Shown: positions 20,277 through 30,009, counted from the first letter of the stretch. The stretch is 43,444 nt of DNA from Limisphaerales bacterium (GCA_049451415.1 JBMTVN010000003.1:1-43444), one strand, 5' to 3'. Numbers and translations: made by a program. Notes: generated by a model not told the origin, from the letters alone.

Positions 20277-21176
20277 GTGAGCATGCTTCGATCAGCATTG
20301 AACGCCATGGGTACTCGCTTCGAGATTTTCATGAGTGGATCTGATGCGGTTCAGCTGAGGGCACTGGCTGAGGAGGCCTGGCGGGAAGTAGAACGTCTGG
20401 ATTCGGAGTGGAGCAGGTTCAGGAAGAGGAGTGAAGTAGCCCGGGTGAACCGGGGAGCTTTCCGCGCACGGGTGCGTGTTGGTGCAGAGCTGATGGAACT
20501 CTTGATGAGGGTGGATGCTTTACACTGGCGAATGGCCCGATGCTTTGATCCAGCTGCGGTGGTTGGCTTCGCCGGCGCTTGGGGTAGCGTGGAGCTCGAT
20601 CCTGTCGGGAGGACTGTTCGATTCCGGGATGAGCGGGTCCGTCTTGATTTGGGAGCCATTGGAAAAGGCCATGCTGTGGATGAGGTGGTGGACCTGCTGC
20701 GTGGTGGCGGGGTCGAGTCGGCCCTGGTGCATGCCGGACGGAGTTCGGTGGCAGGATTCGGGAGGGACTGGCGCGTGGGGATTCCGCGACTGGACGCGGC
20801 GCTGGCGGGTTTGAGCGCCGTGGATCTTGGGGCTTCAACGGAAGACGTCTGGCTCTTGCGTGAGGTCATCCTGCGTGATGGAGCTTTGGGGATATCAGCG
20901 ACCTGGGCACCTTCGGATGAACAGATCGAAGTAAGTCTTCGGCGTCCGCATCTGCTGGATCCGAGGACGGGAGGTTTTGTCGAAGGCTTGTCTATGGGTC
21001 TTGTGTCGACTCGATCGGCGGCGGACGCGGATGCCTTGGCTACGGCGGTGGTAGTTGGGGGTGAGCCGCTGCAAAGGCAGCTGGCAAGCGATGAGGACGG
21101 CGTGCGGAGTCTCAGGGTGACCACCGGCTTGGGGGGCGGATTGTTGACCGAAATAAACTACGACTTTTGGGACTAG
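20277..21176 (+). CDS. apbE: FAD:protein FMN transferase (ApbE family)
   Basis: AMGT.F, S.F...SE...VN, DLGAIGKG.AVD, HLLDPRTG, ADALATA. Confidence 0.85.
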   Translation: MSMLRSALNAMGTRFEIFMSGSDAVQLRALAEEAWREVERLDSEWSRFRKRSEVARVNRGAFRARVRVGAELMELLMRVDALHWRMARCFDPAAVVGFAGAWGSVELDPVGRTVRFRDERVRLDLGAIGKGHAVDEVVDLLRGGGVESALVHAGRSSVAGFGRDWRVGIPRLDAALAGLSAVDLGASTEDVWLLREVILRDGALGISATWAPSDEQIEVSLRRPHLLDPRTGGFVEGLSMGLVSTRSAADADALATAVVVGGEPLQRQLASDEDGVRSLRVTTGLGGGLLTEINYDFWD

Positions 21177-21272
21177 CCGGGCGACCCCCGTTCAGCTGGC
21201 CCCCGGCATCCGGACACAGATATCTGGGGTCCGTGCTTGCCACATTCATGGGTTTATCGTCTAACCGATGCC

Positions 21273-22055
21273 GTGCCGGACTGGTTAATTGTCATCATTT
21301 TGGGGGTAATTGAGGGAGTTACGGAGTTCCTGCCGATTTCATCGACTGGGCATTTGTTGATTGCTGAGCAGTGGTTGGGCGGGCAGACGGATCTTTTCAA
21401 CGTGGGGATTCAGAGTGGGGCGGTGGTGGCGGTGGTGGCAGTGTTTACCGACCGGTTGCGCAGTTTTTTGACGCAGTTTCAGGAGCGTGAGACGCAGCAG
21501 TATGTTTTCAAGCTGGCGGCGGCTTTTGGGGTGACCTCAGTGGGCGGACTGGTCCTGAAGGCGATGCACTTTGAATTGCCGGAAACGGCGGTGCCGGTGG
21601 CTTGGGCAACCCTGATTGGTGGGGTGCTTTTTTTGGTGGTGGAGCGATGGATCCGCGGACGGGATCTGGCCGGTGAAATCAGCTGGCGTGTGGCGATCCT
21701 GATTGGGGCAGGTCAGTTGCTGGCGGCGGTTTTTCCCGGGGCATCCCGGTCGGGCAGTACGATTCTGGTGGCTCTGTTGCTGGGGGTGAACCGCAAGGCA
21801 GCGGTGGAATTCTCCTTTTTGCTGGGGGTGCCGACCTTACTGGCTGCGGGGGGATTGCAGTTGGTGAGTGCTTTGCGGGATCCGGCGGCGGAGCCGATTG
21901 CCTGGGGTCAGCTCGGGCTAGGTGTGGTGGTTTCTGCACTGACTGCCTTCGCGGCCGTGCGATGGCTGTTGAAGTTCCTGCAGGTCCACACCTTTGAAAG
22001 CTTCGGCTATTACCGGATCGTGCTGGGTGTTTTGATACTGCTGCTGTTGGCTTAG
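21273..22055 (+). CDS. uppP: Undecaprenyl-diphosphate phosphatase (BacA)
   Basis: EGVTEFLPISSTGHL, PGASRSGST, EFSFLL.VP, FGYYRI; GTG 21273 preferred over TTG 21237. Confidence 0.95.
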   Translation: MPDWLIVIILGVIEGVTEFLPISSTGHLLIAEQWLGGQTDLFNVGIQSGAVVAVVAVFTDRLRSFLTQFQERETQQYVFKLAAAFGVTSVGGLVLKAMHFELPETAVPVAWATLIGGVLFLVVERWIRGRDLAGEISWRVAILIGAGQLLAAVFPGASRSGSTILVALLLGVNRKAAVEFSFLLGVPTLLAAGGLQLVSALRDPAAEPIAWGQLGLGVVVSALTAFAAVRWLLKFLQVHTFESFGYYRIVLGVLILLLLA

Positions 22056-22059
22056 TCAG

Positions 22060-22083
22060 GTTTCACGCCCTGCGGTGTGAAAC
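22060..22083. terminator. Hairpin between the convergent uppP and cinA-like genes
   Basis: GTTTCACGCC-CTGC-GGTGTGAAAC, 10-bp stem with one G-U pair. Confidence 0.5.
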
Positions 22084-22119
22084 TCTCTTCCTGCAATCGC
22101 CCTTCCCTGCCCTGCCTGC

Positions 22120-23424
22120 TCACTCCAGCAGCCGTAAACGGTTGAGGACCGTGTTGACGAGGCTGGGTTTGCCGGTTTCGGGGGATTCCTTGGACGGGAT
22201 TTCCCAGTCGAGCCAGCGTCCATCGGGATGGCCGATGAGGACGTGTTCCGGCTGACCGGGTGCCGGGGATTCGTTTACCACGATGACCCAATCGGCCCGG
22301 GTCAGGTTGCGAGCCGCGCTGCCAATAGCTTGGATCCGGGGGGTATGGGGGGCGGAATTGGGGAGTTGCAGCAGGGTTGCGAGGTGCGTGAGGTTATTGG
22401 CCGATAGGCTGGTGAGCCGGGTGGATTCATGGTTTAGCGCCCGGGCGAATGCACTGGCCAGAAGGGGTTGTTGGGCCTCAGCGATCACCATCGATTCCCC
22501 CGCCCTTTTCATTGCGTTCCAAGTTACAGATTCCAGGGACTCTGTTCTCGTGGAATAGATGTGGTTGCCCAGATGCCGAGTGAGGCCTTCCTGAATCGAT
22601 TGGAGGGTGGCTTGCGCGGCGGGCGAGTCTTCCTTGAGAGAAAACGTGAAATCTACCCGGCCTCCCTCAAAGGTGGAGGTGGAGACCACGTTGGTGGGTA
22701 GGAGCTGATGTTCCGAGAGCGTATTGGCGATAGTGGATTGGCCGATGCCAACAAAGCGGATCCGGAGTGAAGGACCCTCATGGGGCAGTCCCAGTCGCGT
22801 TCGGAGCCAGGGGACCAAATGGTCTTCGACCATAGGCTGAAGTTCACGGGGAGGTCCCGGCAGGGCAACACACGTGAGTTGAGTCGACTGGAAGATCAGG
22901 CCGACAGCGGTGCCCCGGTCGTTGGGAAGGAACCCGCCTTGTACGGGGACTGCGGCTTGGCGACGGATATTCTCAGGCAGCTCAGCGGCCGGCTTTTCGA
23001 AGCGCCGTGACAGTTCTTCCAGCACCACCGGGCTTTCCTGGAGCTGGATTTGGTTGAAGCGACTCAGGGCCTGACGTGTCAGGTCGTTGGCCGTGGGGCC
23101 CAGGCCCCCGGTGGTCAGGATGAGAGAGGAGCGGGATGCAGCCTGTTTCAGGGCCGACTCGAGGTCTGTCGGGGTATCATCCACCACGATGACTTGATCG
23201 CAGTGGAGGCCAAGCGGCAGCAGCCTTCGGGTGATGAAGGGGGTATGGGCATCCTGAATGGCCCCGGTCAGCAGCTCACCACCGGTCACCACCAAAGTAT
23301 AACTTGAGGGGATCGGTGCCGCTTCGGGGTCTGCCTTTGCGGGATTGGTGCCCAAGCCGGCGAGTAAGACCGCTAGGGACAGGGCCCTTTGGAGTGGGGG
23401 TGTGCCCGAGGCCGTGTTCTGCAT
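22120..23424 (-). CDS. CinA-like protein (MoCF-biosynthesis-like domain plus degenerate PncC domain) with signal-peptide-like N-terminus
   Basis: TGGELL.G, V.DD, TTGGLGPT..DLT, N..GTA.G, LPGPPREL; PncC AESCTGG motif replaced by AEAQQPL. Confidence 0.8.
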   Translation of the reverse strand: MQNTASGTPPLQRALSLAVLLAGLGTNPAKADPEAAPIPSSYTLVVTGGELLTGAIQDAHTPFITRRLLPLGLHCDQVIVVDDTPTDLESALKQAASRSSLILTTGGLGPTANDLTRQALSRFNQIQLQESPVVLEELSRRFEKPAAELPENIRRQAAVPVQGGFLPNDRGTAVGLIFQSTQLTCVALPGPPRELQPMVEDHLVPWLRTRLGLPHEGPSLRIRFVGIGQSTIANTLSEHQLLPTNVVSTSTFEGGRVDFTFSLKEDSPAAQATLQSIQEGLTRHLGNHIYSTRTESLESVTWNAMKRAGESMVIAEAQQPLLASAFARALNHESTRLTSLSANNLTHLATLLQLPNSAPHTPRIQAIGSAARNLTRADWVIVVNESPAPGQPEHVLIGHPDGRWLDWEIPSKESPETGKPSLVNTVLNRLRLLE

Positions 23425-23426
23425 GC

Positions 23427-25166
23427 TTAGCCTTTGCGTTGTTCCTTGGCCCACGAATCCCGGAGGCCGACCGTGCGGTTGAAAACGGGTCGCCCTTCGC
23501 TGGTGGGGTGTTCCGAGTCGGAGGAATCGACGCAGAAGTATCCGAGGCGTTCGAACTGGAACGCCTGTCCGGGTTTGGCGTCCTTGAGCGAGGGCTCCAG
23601 TTTGCAGCCGTGCAGGATCTGCAAGGACGCGGGGTTCAAGAACTCCTTAAAATCGCGGCCCGACGGGTCGCCTTCTGGTTCCGGAACCGTAAACAAGCGG
23701 TCGTAGAGGCGAACCTCTGCATCCACGGCGTGGGCTGCGGATACCCAATGAATCGTGCCCTTGACCTTGCGGGAGGCCGTGGAGCCTCCGCTTTTGGAGT
23801 CGGGGTCGATCGTGCAGCGGAGTTCGCAGACTTCACCCGCAGAGTTTTTCACCACTTGTTCACACTTGAGAATGTAGGCGTAGCGCAGTCGGACTTCCCC
23901 TCCGGGCTTGAGCCGGAAGAACTTCGGTGGAGGAACCTCCATGAAGTCGTCCTGCTCAATATAGATCTCACGGGAGAACGGGAGTTTGCGGTTGCCGGCC
24001 GAAGGGTCCTCAGGGTTGTTGATGGCTTCCAGTTCCTCCACCTGCCCTTCCGGATAGTTCTCAATCACGACCTTCAGGGGGCGCAGAACTCCGAGAGTAC
24101 GGTTGGCAACGCGATTCAATTCCTCCCGCAGGGTGAATTCGAGGAGGGCGACGTCCGTGACGCCATCATATTTGGTGACGCCAATCCGCTGGCAGAAGGT
24201 GCGGATGGCGGCCGGAGGCACACCGCGACGACGGAGACCGGCGATGGTGGGCATGCGAGGATCATCCCAGCCTTCGACGAGGCGTTCTTTCACCAACTGG
24301 AGCAGCTTGCGCTTGCTCATGACGGTGTAATTGAGGTTCAGCCGGGCAAACTCGATTTGACGTGGCCTGGGTTCGCGGACCGGGAGCTGCTCTAGAATCC
24401 AGTCGTAGAGGGGCCGGTGGACTTCGAACTCGAGGGTGCAAATGGAATGTGTGATCCCCTCAATGCTGTCACTCAGACAGTGCGCAAAGTCGTAGAGCGG
24501 GTAAATGCACCATTGGTCCTGCGTGTGGTGGTGTTTGGCGTGCCGAATCCGGTAGATCACCGGGTCACGCAGCCACACATTGGAAGAGGCCATGTCGATC
24601 TTGGCCCGCAGCGTCTTTGCGCCATCGGGGAACTCGCCTGCCCGCATGCGGGCGAAAAGATCCAGGTTCTCCTCCACACCACGGCTGCGGTAGGGGCTTT
24701 CCTTGCCCGGCTGGTCCGGGGCGCCGCGATAGGTGTCTACTTCCTCCGCCGTCAGGTCGCACACATAAGCTTTTCCCACCTCGATTAGCTGAATCGCGTA
24801 GCCGTGGAGCTTCTCGAAATAATCCGAGGCGTAGAACGGCTTGGAGGTCTCAGGCTGATACCGCAAAACATGGTCGGCCCAGCCGGAAATCAACCAGCGG
24901 ACGTCCTTCTGGATGGACTCCACATACTCTTCCTCCTCCTTGGTGGGATTCGTGTCATCCATGCGGAGATGGCAAAAACCCTCAAAGTCGCGAGCGATCC
25001 CAAAATTCAGGCAGATCGACTTGGCGTGTCCGATGTGCAGGTATCCGTTTGGTTCCGGCGGGAAACGTGTGATGATCTGCTCGTGCTTGGAGGCTGAGAC
25101 ATCGTTGCTGACGATATCCCGGATGAAGTCTTGAGGGGTTTCCGGTGCGGGCGAGGTATTAGTCAT
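23427..25166 (-). CDS. glnS: Glutamine--tRNA ligase
   Basis: [52 protein letters not shown]. Confidence 0.97.
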   Translation of the reverse strand: MTNTSPAPETPQDFIRDIVSNDVSASKHEQIITRFPPEPNGYLHIGHAKSICLNFGIARDFEGFCHLRMDDTNPTKEEEEYVESIQKDVRWLISGWADHVLRYQPETSKPFYASDYFEKLHGYAIQLIEVGKAYVCDLTAEEVDTYRGAPDQPGKESPYRSRGVEENLDLFARMRAGEFPDGAKTLRAKIDMASSNVWLRDPVIYRIRHAKHHHTQDQWCIYPLYDFAHCLSDSIEGITHSICTLEFEVHRPLYDWILEQLPVREPRPRQIEFARLNLNYTVMSKRKLLQLVKERLVEGWDDPRMPTIAGLRRRGVPPAAIRTFCQRIGVTKYDGVTDVALLEFTLREELNRVANRTLGVLRPLKVVIENYPEGQVEELEAINNPEDPSAGNRKLPFSREIYIEQDDFMEVPPPKFFRLKPGGEVRLRYAYILKCEQVVKNSAGEVCELRCTIDPDSKSGGSTASRKVKGTIHWVSAAHAVDAEVRLYDRLFTVPEPEGDPSGRDFKEFLNPASLQILHGCKLEPSLKDAKPGQAFQFERLGYFCVDSSDSEHPTSEGRPVFNRTVGLRDSWAKEQRKG

Positions 25167-25401
25167 GTTGACGAAAGAGGGCGTAGTCTATGCGCGGGCT
25201 TGGATAGGCTGCAAGAGCGCGCTGTGCGTTGGAGACGACGACCGCTTGGTCGCTTGACCGTCTGGTTCTTGTGCTGGAGCGTGTGGAAGTGGGTTCGTCC
25301 AGCACTGCATGTGGTTCTGGCCCTCTATTGCTGGGGGGGATTGCCCGGAGCAACGATGCGATGTCTGCGAGGGCTCATGCGGATGGGGTTTGCGAACGGA
25401 C

Positions 25402-25449
25402 TTGACGCCCTTATCTTTATGATTACATTGTGATATCACATTGATAGTC
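25402..25449 (+). promoter_or_regulatory. Promoter TTGACG-N16-TACATT overlapped by TGATATCA-type operator boxes
   Basis: Palindrome TGTGATATCACA (25429-25440) flanked by TGATTACA and TGATAGTC at 11-bp periodicity, upstream of the SPFH operon. Confidence 0.6.
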
Positions 25450-25485
25450 GAGCTTGTTCAGGTCGGCGACAATCCACCCAATACT

Positions 25486-26496
25486 ATGAAAAACGATTCT
25501 GTGACGGTGAATCGAGAGCGGCAGGTGAGTGTCCTGAACGGCTGGTCCATGCTGCCAGTAGCCATTGTGTATGGTCTGGCCGGACCGGCGATGCTGGTGG
25601 GATCCATCGCCTACGGGGTCAAGGACGTGGGGCATCCATTCTGGCTTCCGTTTGCAGCCGCAATCTTGATGATCATCGGGATCCCCTTCATGTTGTTGGG
25701 GTTCTTCACGTTGCAGCCCAATGAGGCTCGGGTTTTGGTTCTGTTCGGAGCCTATCGCGGGACTGTTCGTAAGAGCGGTTTTCACTGGGGCAACCCCTTC
25801 TATTCCAATGGAAGCATCGTCTCGTTGGGCGAATCTGCCGGGAGCGGCAAGGCTACTGCGGGAGGAGGCACGGGTCAAAAGACCAGCCAGACGAAGCATC
25901 TGGGGCGCTACAAGATCAGCCTGAGGGCCAGAAACCTGAACGGGGAACGCTTGAAGGTGAACGACAAGGGTGGCAACCCGATCGAAATTGCAGCCGTCGT
26001 GGTCTGGCGGGTTGAAGATACGGCTCAAGCCACCTTCGACGTCGATGACTATGAGGCCTACGTGCGGGTGCAATACGAGTCGGCCGTGCGGCATTTGGCC
26101 AGTTTGTATGCCTACGATCACGGGGAGGAGAACGAGATTACGCTGCGCAGCGGGGTGGAGGCGGTGTCAGCTGACCTGCAGAAAGAGCTCCAGGAACGGC
26201 TTGCCAAAGCGGGAGTGGTGGTGGAGGAAGCCCGCTTGACCCATTTGGCCTACGCACCGGAAATCGCCCAAGCCATGCTGCGTCGTCAGCAGGCGGAGGC
26301 CGTGATCGCCGCGAGGACCAAGATTGTGCATGGTGCTGTCAGCATGGTGGAGATGGCCCTTCAGGAGATGACTCAGAAGGGTGTGGTCGACCTGGACGAG
26401 GAGCGCAAGGCCGCCATGGTGAGTAACTTGATGGTCGTGCTTTGTGGGGAGACTGAGGTGCATCCGGTTGTGAACGCCGGCACGCTTTACAGCTGA
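25486..26496 (+). CDS. SPFH/band 7 domain membrane protein
   Basis: Two TMs, QPNEA.V..LFG.Y.GT, LKVND..GNPIEIAAVVVW, LAYAPEIAQAMLRRQQA, AAMVSNL.VVLC. Confidence 0.92.
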   Translation: MKNDSVTVNRERQVSVLNGWSMLPVAIVYGLAGPAMLVGSIAYGVKDVGHPFWLPFAAAILMIIGIPFMLLGFFTLQPNEARVLVLFGAYRGTVRKSGFHWGNPFYSNGSIVSLGESAGSGKATAGGGTGQKTSQTKHLGRYKISLRARNLNGERLKVNDKGGNPIEIAAVVVWRVEDTAQATFDVDDYEAYVRVQYESAVRHLASLYAYDHGEENEITLRSGVEAVSADLQKELQERLAKAGVVVEEARLTHLAYAPEIAQAMLRRQQAEAVIAARTKIVHGAVSMVEMALQEMTQKGVVDLDEERKAAMVSNLMVVLCGETEVHPVVNAGTLYS

Positions 26497-26526
26497 GTGA
26501 GCTGCTAAACGAGGAAGGAACGGGAG

Positions 26527-27045
26527 ATGAACGAGCTTCAGTTCAGCGCGCCATGGTGTCGGTCCCTGCGCTGGGTGAGTGTTCTGGCAGGGGGACTCCT
26601 GTTCCTCCTTCCTTTTGGGATCCGTGCAGGGGCCGGCGGGCTTTGGATCGACGATTGGCCGCTGGTCCTTGGAATTCTGGGACCGTGGGGACTCTTGTTT
26701 GGCTGCGGCTGCTTTGCCGTGCGGGGTTATGCTTTGGACCGAGGCGAGTTACGCATTCGCCGATGGCTTTGGACGACCAGAAAGAGTCTGCACGGACTGC
26801 GGGACGCCCGTTGGGATCCGGCCGCGATCCGTGGGGCTTGGCGTGTTGCCGGAAATGGGGGTCTGTTTTCCTTTAGCGGTTACTTTAGGAACCGGGTCTT
26901 GGGGTGGCAGCGTTGGTGGGTCACGGATCCCGCCCTCGCTGTCGTTCTGGACTTTGGAGCACGAATCTGGGTGGTCAGCCCCGGAGATCCAGCAGCCTTC
27001 GTGGCTGCGTTGGGTTTCTCACGTAACACAGACAAGAAAGCGTGA
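26527..27045 (+). CDS. Membrane protein with bacterial PH domain
   Basis: F.APW, two TMs, R..GNGGLF.F.G.F.N..LG, VVSP.DP..F. Confidence 0.75.
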   Translation: MNELQFSAPWCRSLRWVSVLAGGLLFLLPFGIRAGAGGLWIDDWPLVLGILGPWGLLFGCGCFAVRGYALDRGELRIRRWLWTTRKSLHGLRDARWDPAAIRGAWRVAGNGGLFSFSGYFRNRVLGWQRWWVTDPALAVVLDFGARIWVVSPGDPAAFVAALGFSRNTDKKA

Positions 27046-27308
27046 TGCGAGAGGCGAGGAAGGCATTTTTGTTGAGAATCAACGGCGAACTCTGGCGAGA
27101 GCTGGAGTCGTGGGCTCAGGAAGACTTTCGCAGTGTGAATGGTCAGATCGAGTTCCTGTTGAGGGAGGCGGTGCGGCGTCGGGGTCGGCCAGCAGCCGAA
27201 GGGATCGAACCATCACCAGGGAAGTCCTCCCCTGCCCCTCCGCAAGCTTCCACGCCTGCTCTCGATGAAACCGCAGGTCCCGATTTGGAGGTCGGATTCC
27301 ATGATTGA
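27045..27308 (+). CDS. Arc-family ribbon-helix-helix DNA-binding protein
   Basis: RKAFLLRI...LW..LE.WA.EDFRSVNGQIEFLL; start overlaps the upstream stop (TGATG). Confidence 0.85.
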   Translation: MREARKAFLLRINGELWRELESWAQEDFRSVNGQIEFLLREAVRRRGRPAAEGIEPSPGKSSPAPPQASTPALDETAGPDLEVGFHD

Positions 27309-27900
27309 TGCCAGAAACTCAGGGAAACAGCGCTTGGCAATCTTTGGGGGGTCCTTTGATCCCGTCCATATCGGGCATCTGCTCGTGGCGCAGGCCGCGC
27401 GGGAAGAACTCGGCCTGAACCGGGTGCATTTCGTCCCCGCTGCGAAATCTCCCTTTAAACCAGACTCCCAACCGGCCCCCGCGGCTCTCCGGCTCAGGAT
27501 GCTCCGCCTGGCGCTGGCTGGCATGCCTTGGTGCCGTGTGGACGACCTGGAAGTGTCACGGGGCGGGGTCTCCTATACTATCGAAACCCTCAGGCGCTAC
27601 AGGGAGGATTATCCCGAGGCGGAGTTGCACTGGATCATCGGTGCTGACCATGTCGGCGGTTTGCCGCAATGGCGCCAGGCTGCGGAACTGGCCCGTCTGG
27701 TCCGGTTCATTGTCGTTCAACGCCCCACCGAGGCGGAAACCCCTCTACCTGCTCCTTTTGAAGGCATCCATTTGCAGGGTTTCCCCCTCGCTCTTTCGTC
27801 CTCACAAATCCGATCCAGAGTGCAGCAGGGCCTGCCGATCGGGTTGCTGACGCCGGAGACGGTTGCCGATGTGATTCATAAAAACCGCCTTTATCTTTGA
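27301..27900 (+). CDS. nadD: Nicotinate-nucleotide adenylyltransferase
   Basis: FGGSFDPVHIGH, SPFK, SYTIETL, IIGAD, SSSQIR. Confidence 0.95.
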   Translation: MIDARNSGKQRLAIFGGSFDPVHIGHLLVAQAAREELGLNRVHFVPAAKSPFKPDSQPAPAALRLRMLRLALAGMPWCRVDDLEVSRGGVSYTIETLRRYREDYPEAELHWIIGADHVGGLPQWRQAAELARLVRFIVVQRPTEAETPLPAPFEGIHLQGFPLALSSSQIRSRVQQGLPIGLLTPETVADVIHKNRLYL

Positions 27901-27924
27901 AAAGGGCTAGGACAGTGTTCGCAC

Positions 27925-28335
27925 ATGGAATCTAGGAAGCTTGCCTTGCGTTGTCGGGAGTTGGCCAACGACAAGAAGGCAGAGGACGTCATCGTGCTGG
28001 ATGTCAGGAAAGTCTCCAGTGTGACCGACTACTTTGTATTGGCCACGGGCAGCAGTGAACCGCATTTGCGGGCTATCGCTGGCGAGATCAAAGACCGCCT
28101 GCACGAGGAAGAGCACGTTAAGGCCCGCACCGTCGATGGCACGCTGAGTGCCGGATGGATCGTGATGGACTTCTCTGACGTGATCGTCCACCTGATGCGC
28201 GCGGATCAACGGAGCAAGTACGACCTCGAAGGGTTGTGGGGAGATGCGCCGAAAGTGAGGGGCAGTTCCAAAGCCAAGCCCAAGGCCAAACCAAAGGCTG
28301 CAGCGAAACCCAAGCGGACTGCGACAAAAAGCTAA
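27925..28335 (+). CDS. rsfS: Ribosome silencing factor RsfS
   Basis: DKKAEDV.VLDV, TDYFV.ATG.S..H, WIVMD..DVIVH, YDLEGLW; follows nadD. Confidence 0.95.
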   Translation: MESRKLALRCRELANDKKAEDVIVLDVRKVSSVTDYFVLATGSSEPHLRAIAGEIKDRLHEEEHVKARTVDGTLSAGWIVMDFSDVIVHLMRADQRSKYDLEGLWGDAPKVRGSSKAKPKAKPKAAAKPKRTATKS

Positions 28336-28464
28336 GTCCCGCTTGGATGTTTGGGTGTCGGGTGGGCCTGAGGTTTTTGTTCAGGCGACTGGGGTAAAGT
28401 CATCAGGTGGCTCGGTCCATTCCGGACCGTTCCATTCCCTTTGGACCCTAAGGCTCCCTGACGA

Positions 28465-28749
28465 TCAGGCTTCTGGCGGGAGATCTTCAGCAGCGGCTTG
28501 AGCCATGGCTTCCACCATCTGACTGAATTCCTCCAGGCCTGGCGCCGGGATGATAATCGTGTCCCGTCGTCCTCCAACGTCCTCGGTAATCCTGAGGAAC
28601 CTGCCGCGTGGATTCTCTTTGAGAGTGAAGACAAAGGTCTTCCGCTCAATTTGAATCTTCTCGCTCTTCAGCGTGTCCTCGGCGACCGGAGGCTTACTGC
28701 CGTAAACCGGACGCTGACCATAAGGTGACGGGCGTTCGTTTGAGATCAT
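28465..28749 (-). CDS. Single PUR-repeat (Pur-alpha-like) ssDNA/RNA-binding protein
   Basis: SEKIQIERKTF.F.LKEN.RGRFLRITE..GGRRDTIIIP..GL.EF matches the PUR repeat pattern; AGGAG RBS. Confidence 0.8.
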   Translation of the reverse strand: MISNERPSPYGQRPVYGSKPPVAEDTLKSEKIQIERKTFVFTLKENPRGRFLRITEDVGGRRDTIIIPAPGLEEFSQMVEAMAQAAAEDLPPEA

Positions 28750-28930
28750 GACTTACTCCTGTCAGCTTTGAGTTTTTCTGCTGACTCCCGTGAAGATTTC
28801 TTTTGGAAGCCGCCTTTTTTGTCAACCTTCGATTTTTCGATGAGTTCCGCCATGAGTACGAACCCGGGCTCGGTTTTGGCTTGTTTGCGAACCGAGTTTG
28901 GGGACTGTTGCCATCGACTAGCGATATCTT

Positions 28931-29923
28931 ATGAAAGCGGCTTTTATCGAGGCGCCTGGCCCGCCGGAGAACTTGGTTTATGGCGACTTTGCGGACCCCA
29001 CCTTAGGGCCGGGTCAATGTCTGGTGCGCGTTGAGGCCGCAGCGGTCAACCCCATTGATACCTACATCCGCAGCGGTGCAGTGGCGATGCCGGTACCCTG
29101 GCCGTTTATTCCCGGTTGTGATTTTGCCGGTGAGGTCGTGGCGCTTGGCCCTGGGGTGACGCGAGTGAAGGTTGGCGACCCGGTATGGGGGAGCAATCAG
29201 GGATTGCTCGGACGTCAGGGCAGCTTGGCGGAATGGGTTGCGGTGGATGAGGGCTGGGTTTATCGACGTCCGGACGGCGTGTCATCAGAGTCCGCCGCGG
29301 CCTTGGCGCTGGTGGGGATCACCGCGCATCTGGGGTTGTTTTCGCATGCTGCTCTCCAATCGGGCGAGACCGTGTTCGTGCGGGGCGGCAGTGGCGGAGT
29401 CGGTTCGATGGTCGTCCAGATGGCGCGACTGACAGGAGCGCGGGTTGTGACCACGGCTGGCAGCGAGGAAAAAGCGGGGCTTTGTCGCAGCTATGGTGCC
29501 GATTCCGTCATTCTATACCGGGAAGAGGATCTCGCCTCCAAGCTGGCTGAATTGGTCCCGGGCGGCGTCGACTTGTGGTGGGAGACCTTGCGGGAGCCTG
29601 ATTTTGATCTGGTCGTGGGGGCTTTGGCCAGGCGAGGCCGCATGGTTCTCATGGCGGGCAGGACCGCTCGTCCCCCGTTTCCAGTCGGGCCCTTCTACGT
29701 GAAGGGTTGTTCTCTGCACGGTTTTGCCATGTTCAACGCCACTGCGGATGAGCAGGCCGCATGCGCTGCAGATATCAACAACTGGTTGCTAACAGGAGGG
29801 TTACGCGCACCGATCGACCGGATCCTGCCCTTGGAGCAGGCGGCTGAGGCTCATCGCCTGCAGGAATCGAGCACGCTCGGAGCTACCGGAGACCTCAAAG
29901 GCAAGATCGTCCTCAGGCCTTGA
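28931..29923 (+). CDS. NADPH:quinone oxidoreductase (MDR superfamily)
   Basis: AAVNPID..IRSG, PG.D.AG.V, GGSGGVG, GKIVL. Confidence 0.9.
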   Translation: MKAAFIEAPGPPENLVYGDFADPTLGPGQCLVRVEAAAVNPIDTYIRSGAVAMPVPWPFIPGCDFAGEVVALGPGVTRVKVGDPVWGSNQGLLGRQGSLAEWVAVDEGWVYRRPDGVSSESAAALALVGITAHLGLFSHAALQSGETVFVRGGSGGVGSMVVQMARLTGARVVTTAGSEEKAGLCRSYGADSVILYREEDLASKLAELVPGGVDLWWETLREPDFDLVVGALARRGRMVLMAGRTARPPFPVGPFYVKGCSLHGFAMFNATADEQAACAADINNWLLTGGLRAPIDRILPLEQAAEAHRLQESSTLGATGDLKGKIVLRP

Positions 29924-30009
29924 CACCTCGAACGAGGTCATTAGATTCGCCAAACCGTTCTGACATGAGCGGTTTTGGGCGCCGACCCTAAATTACCCGC
30001 TCCGGAGTT

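Noticed and set aside
23304-24395. 363-aa + strand ORF opposite glnS
   Set aside because: Antisense shadow of a conserved gene
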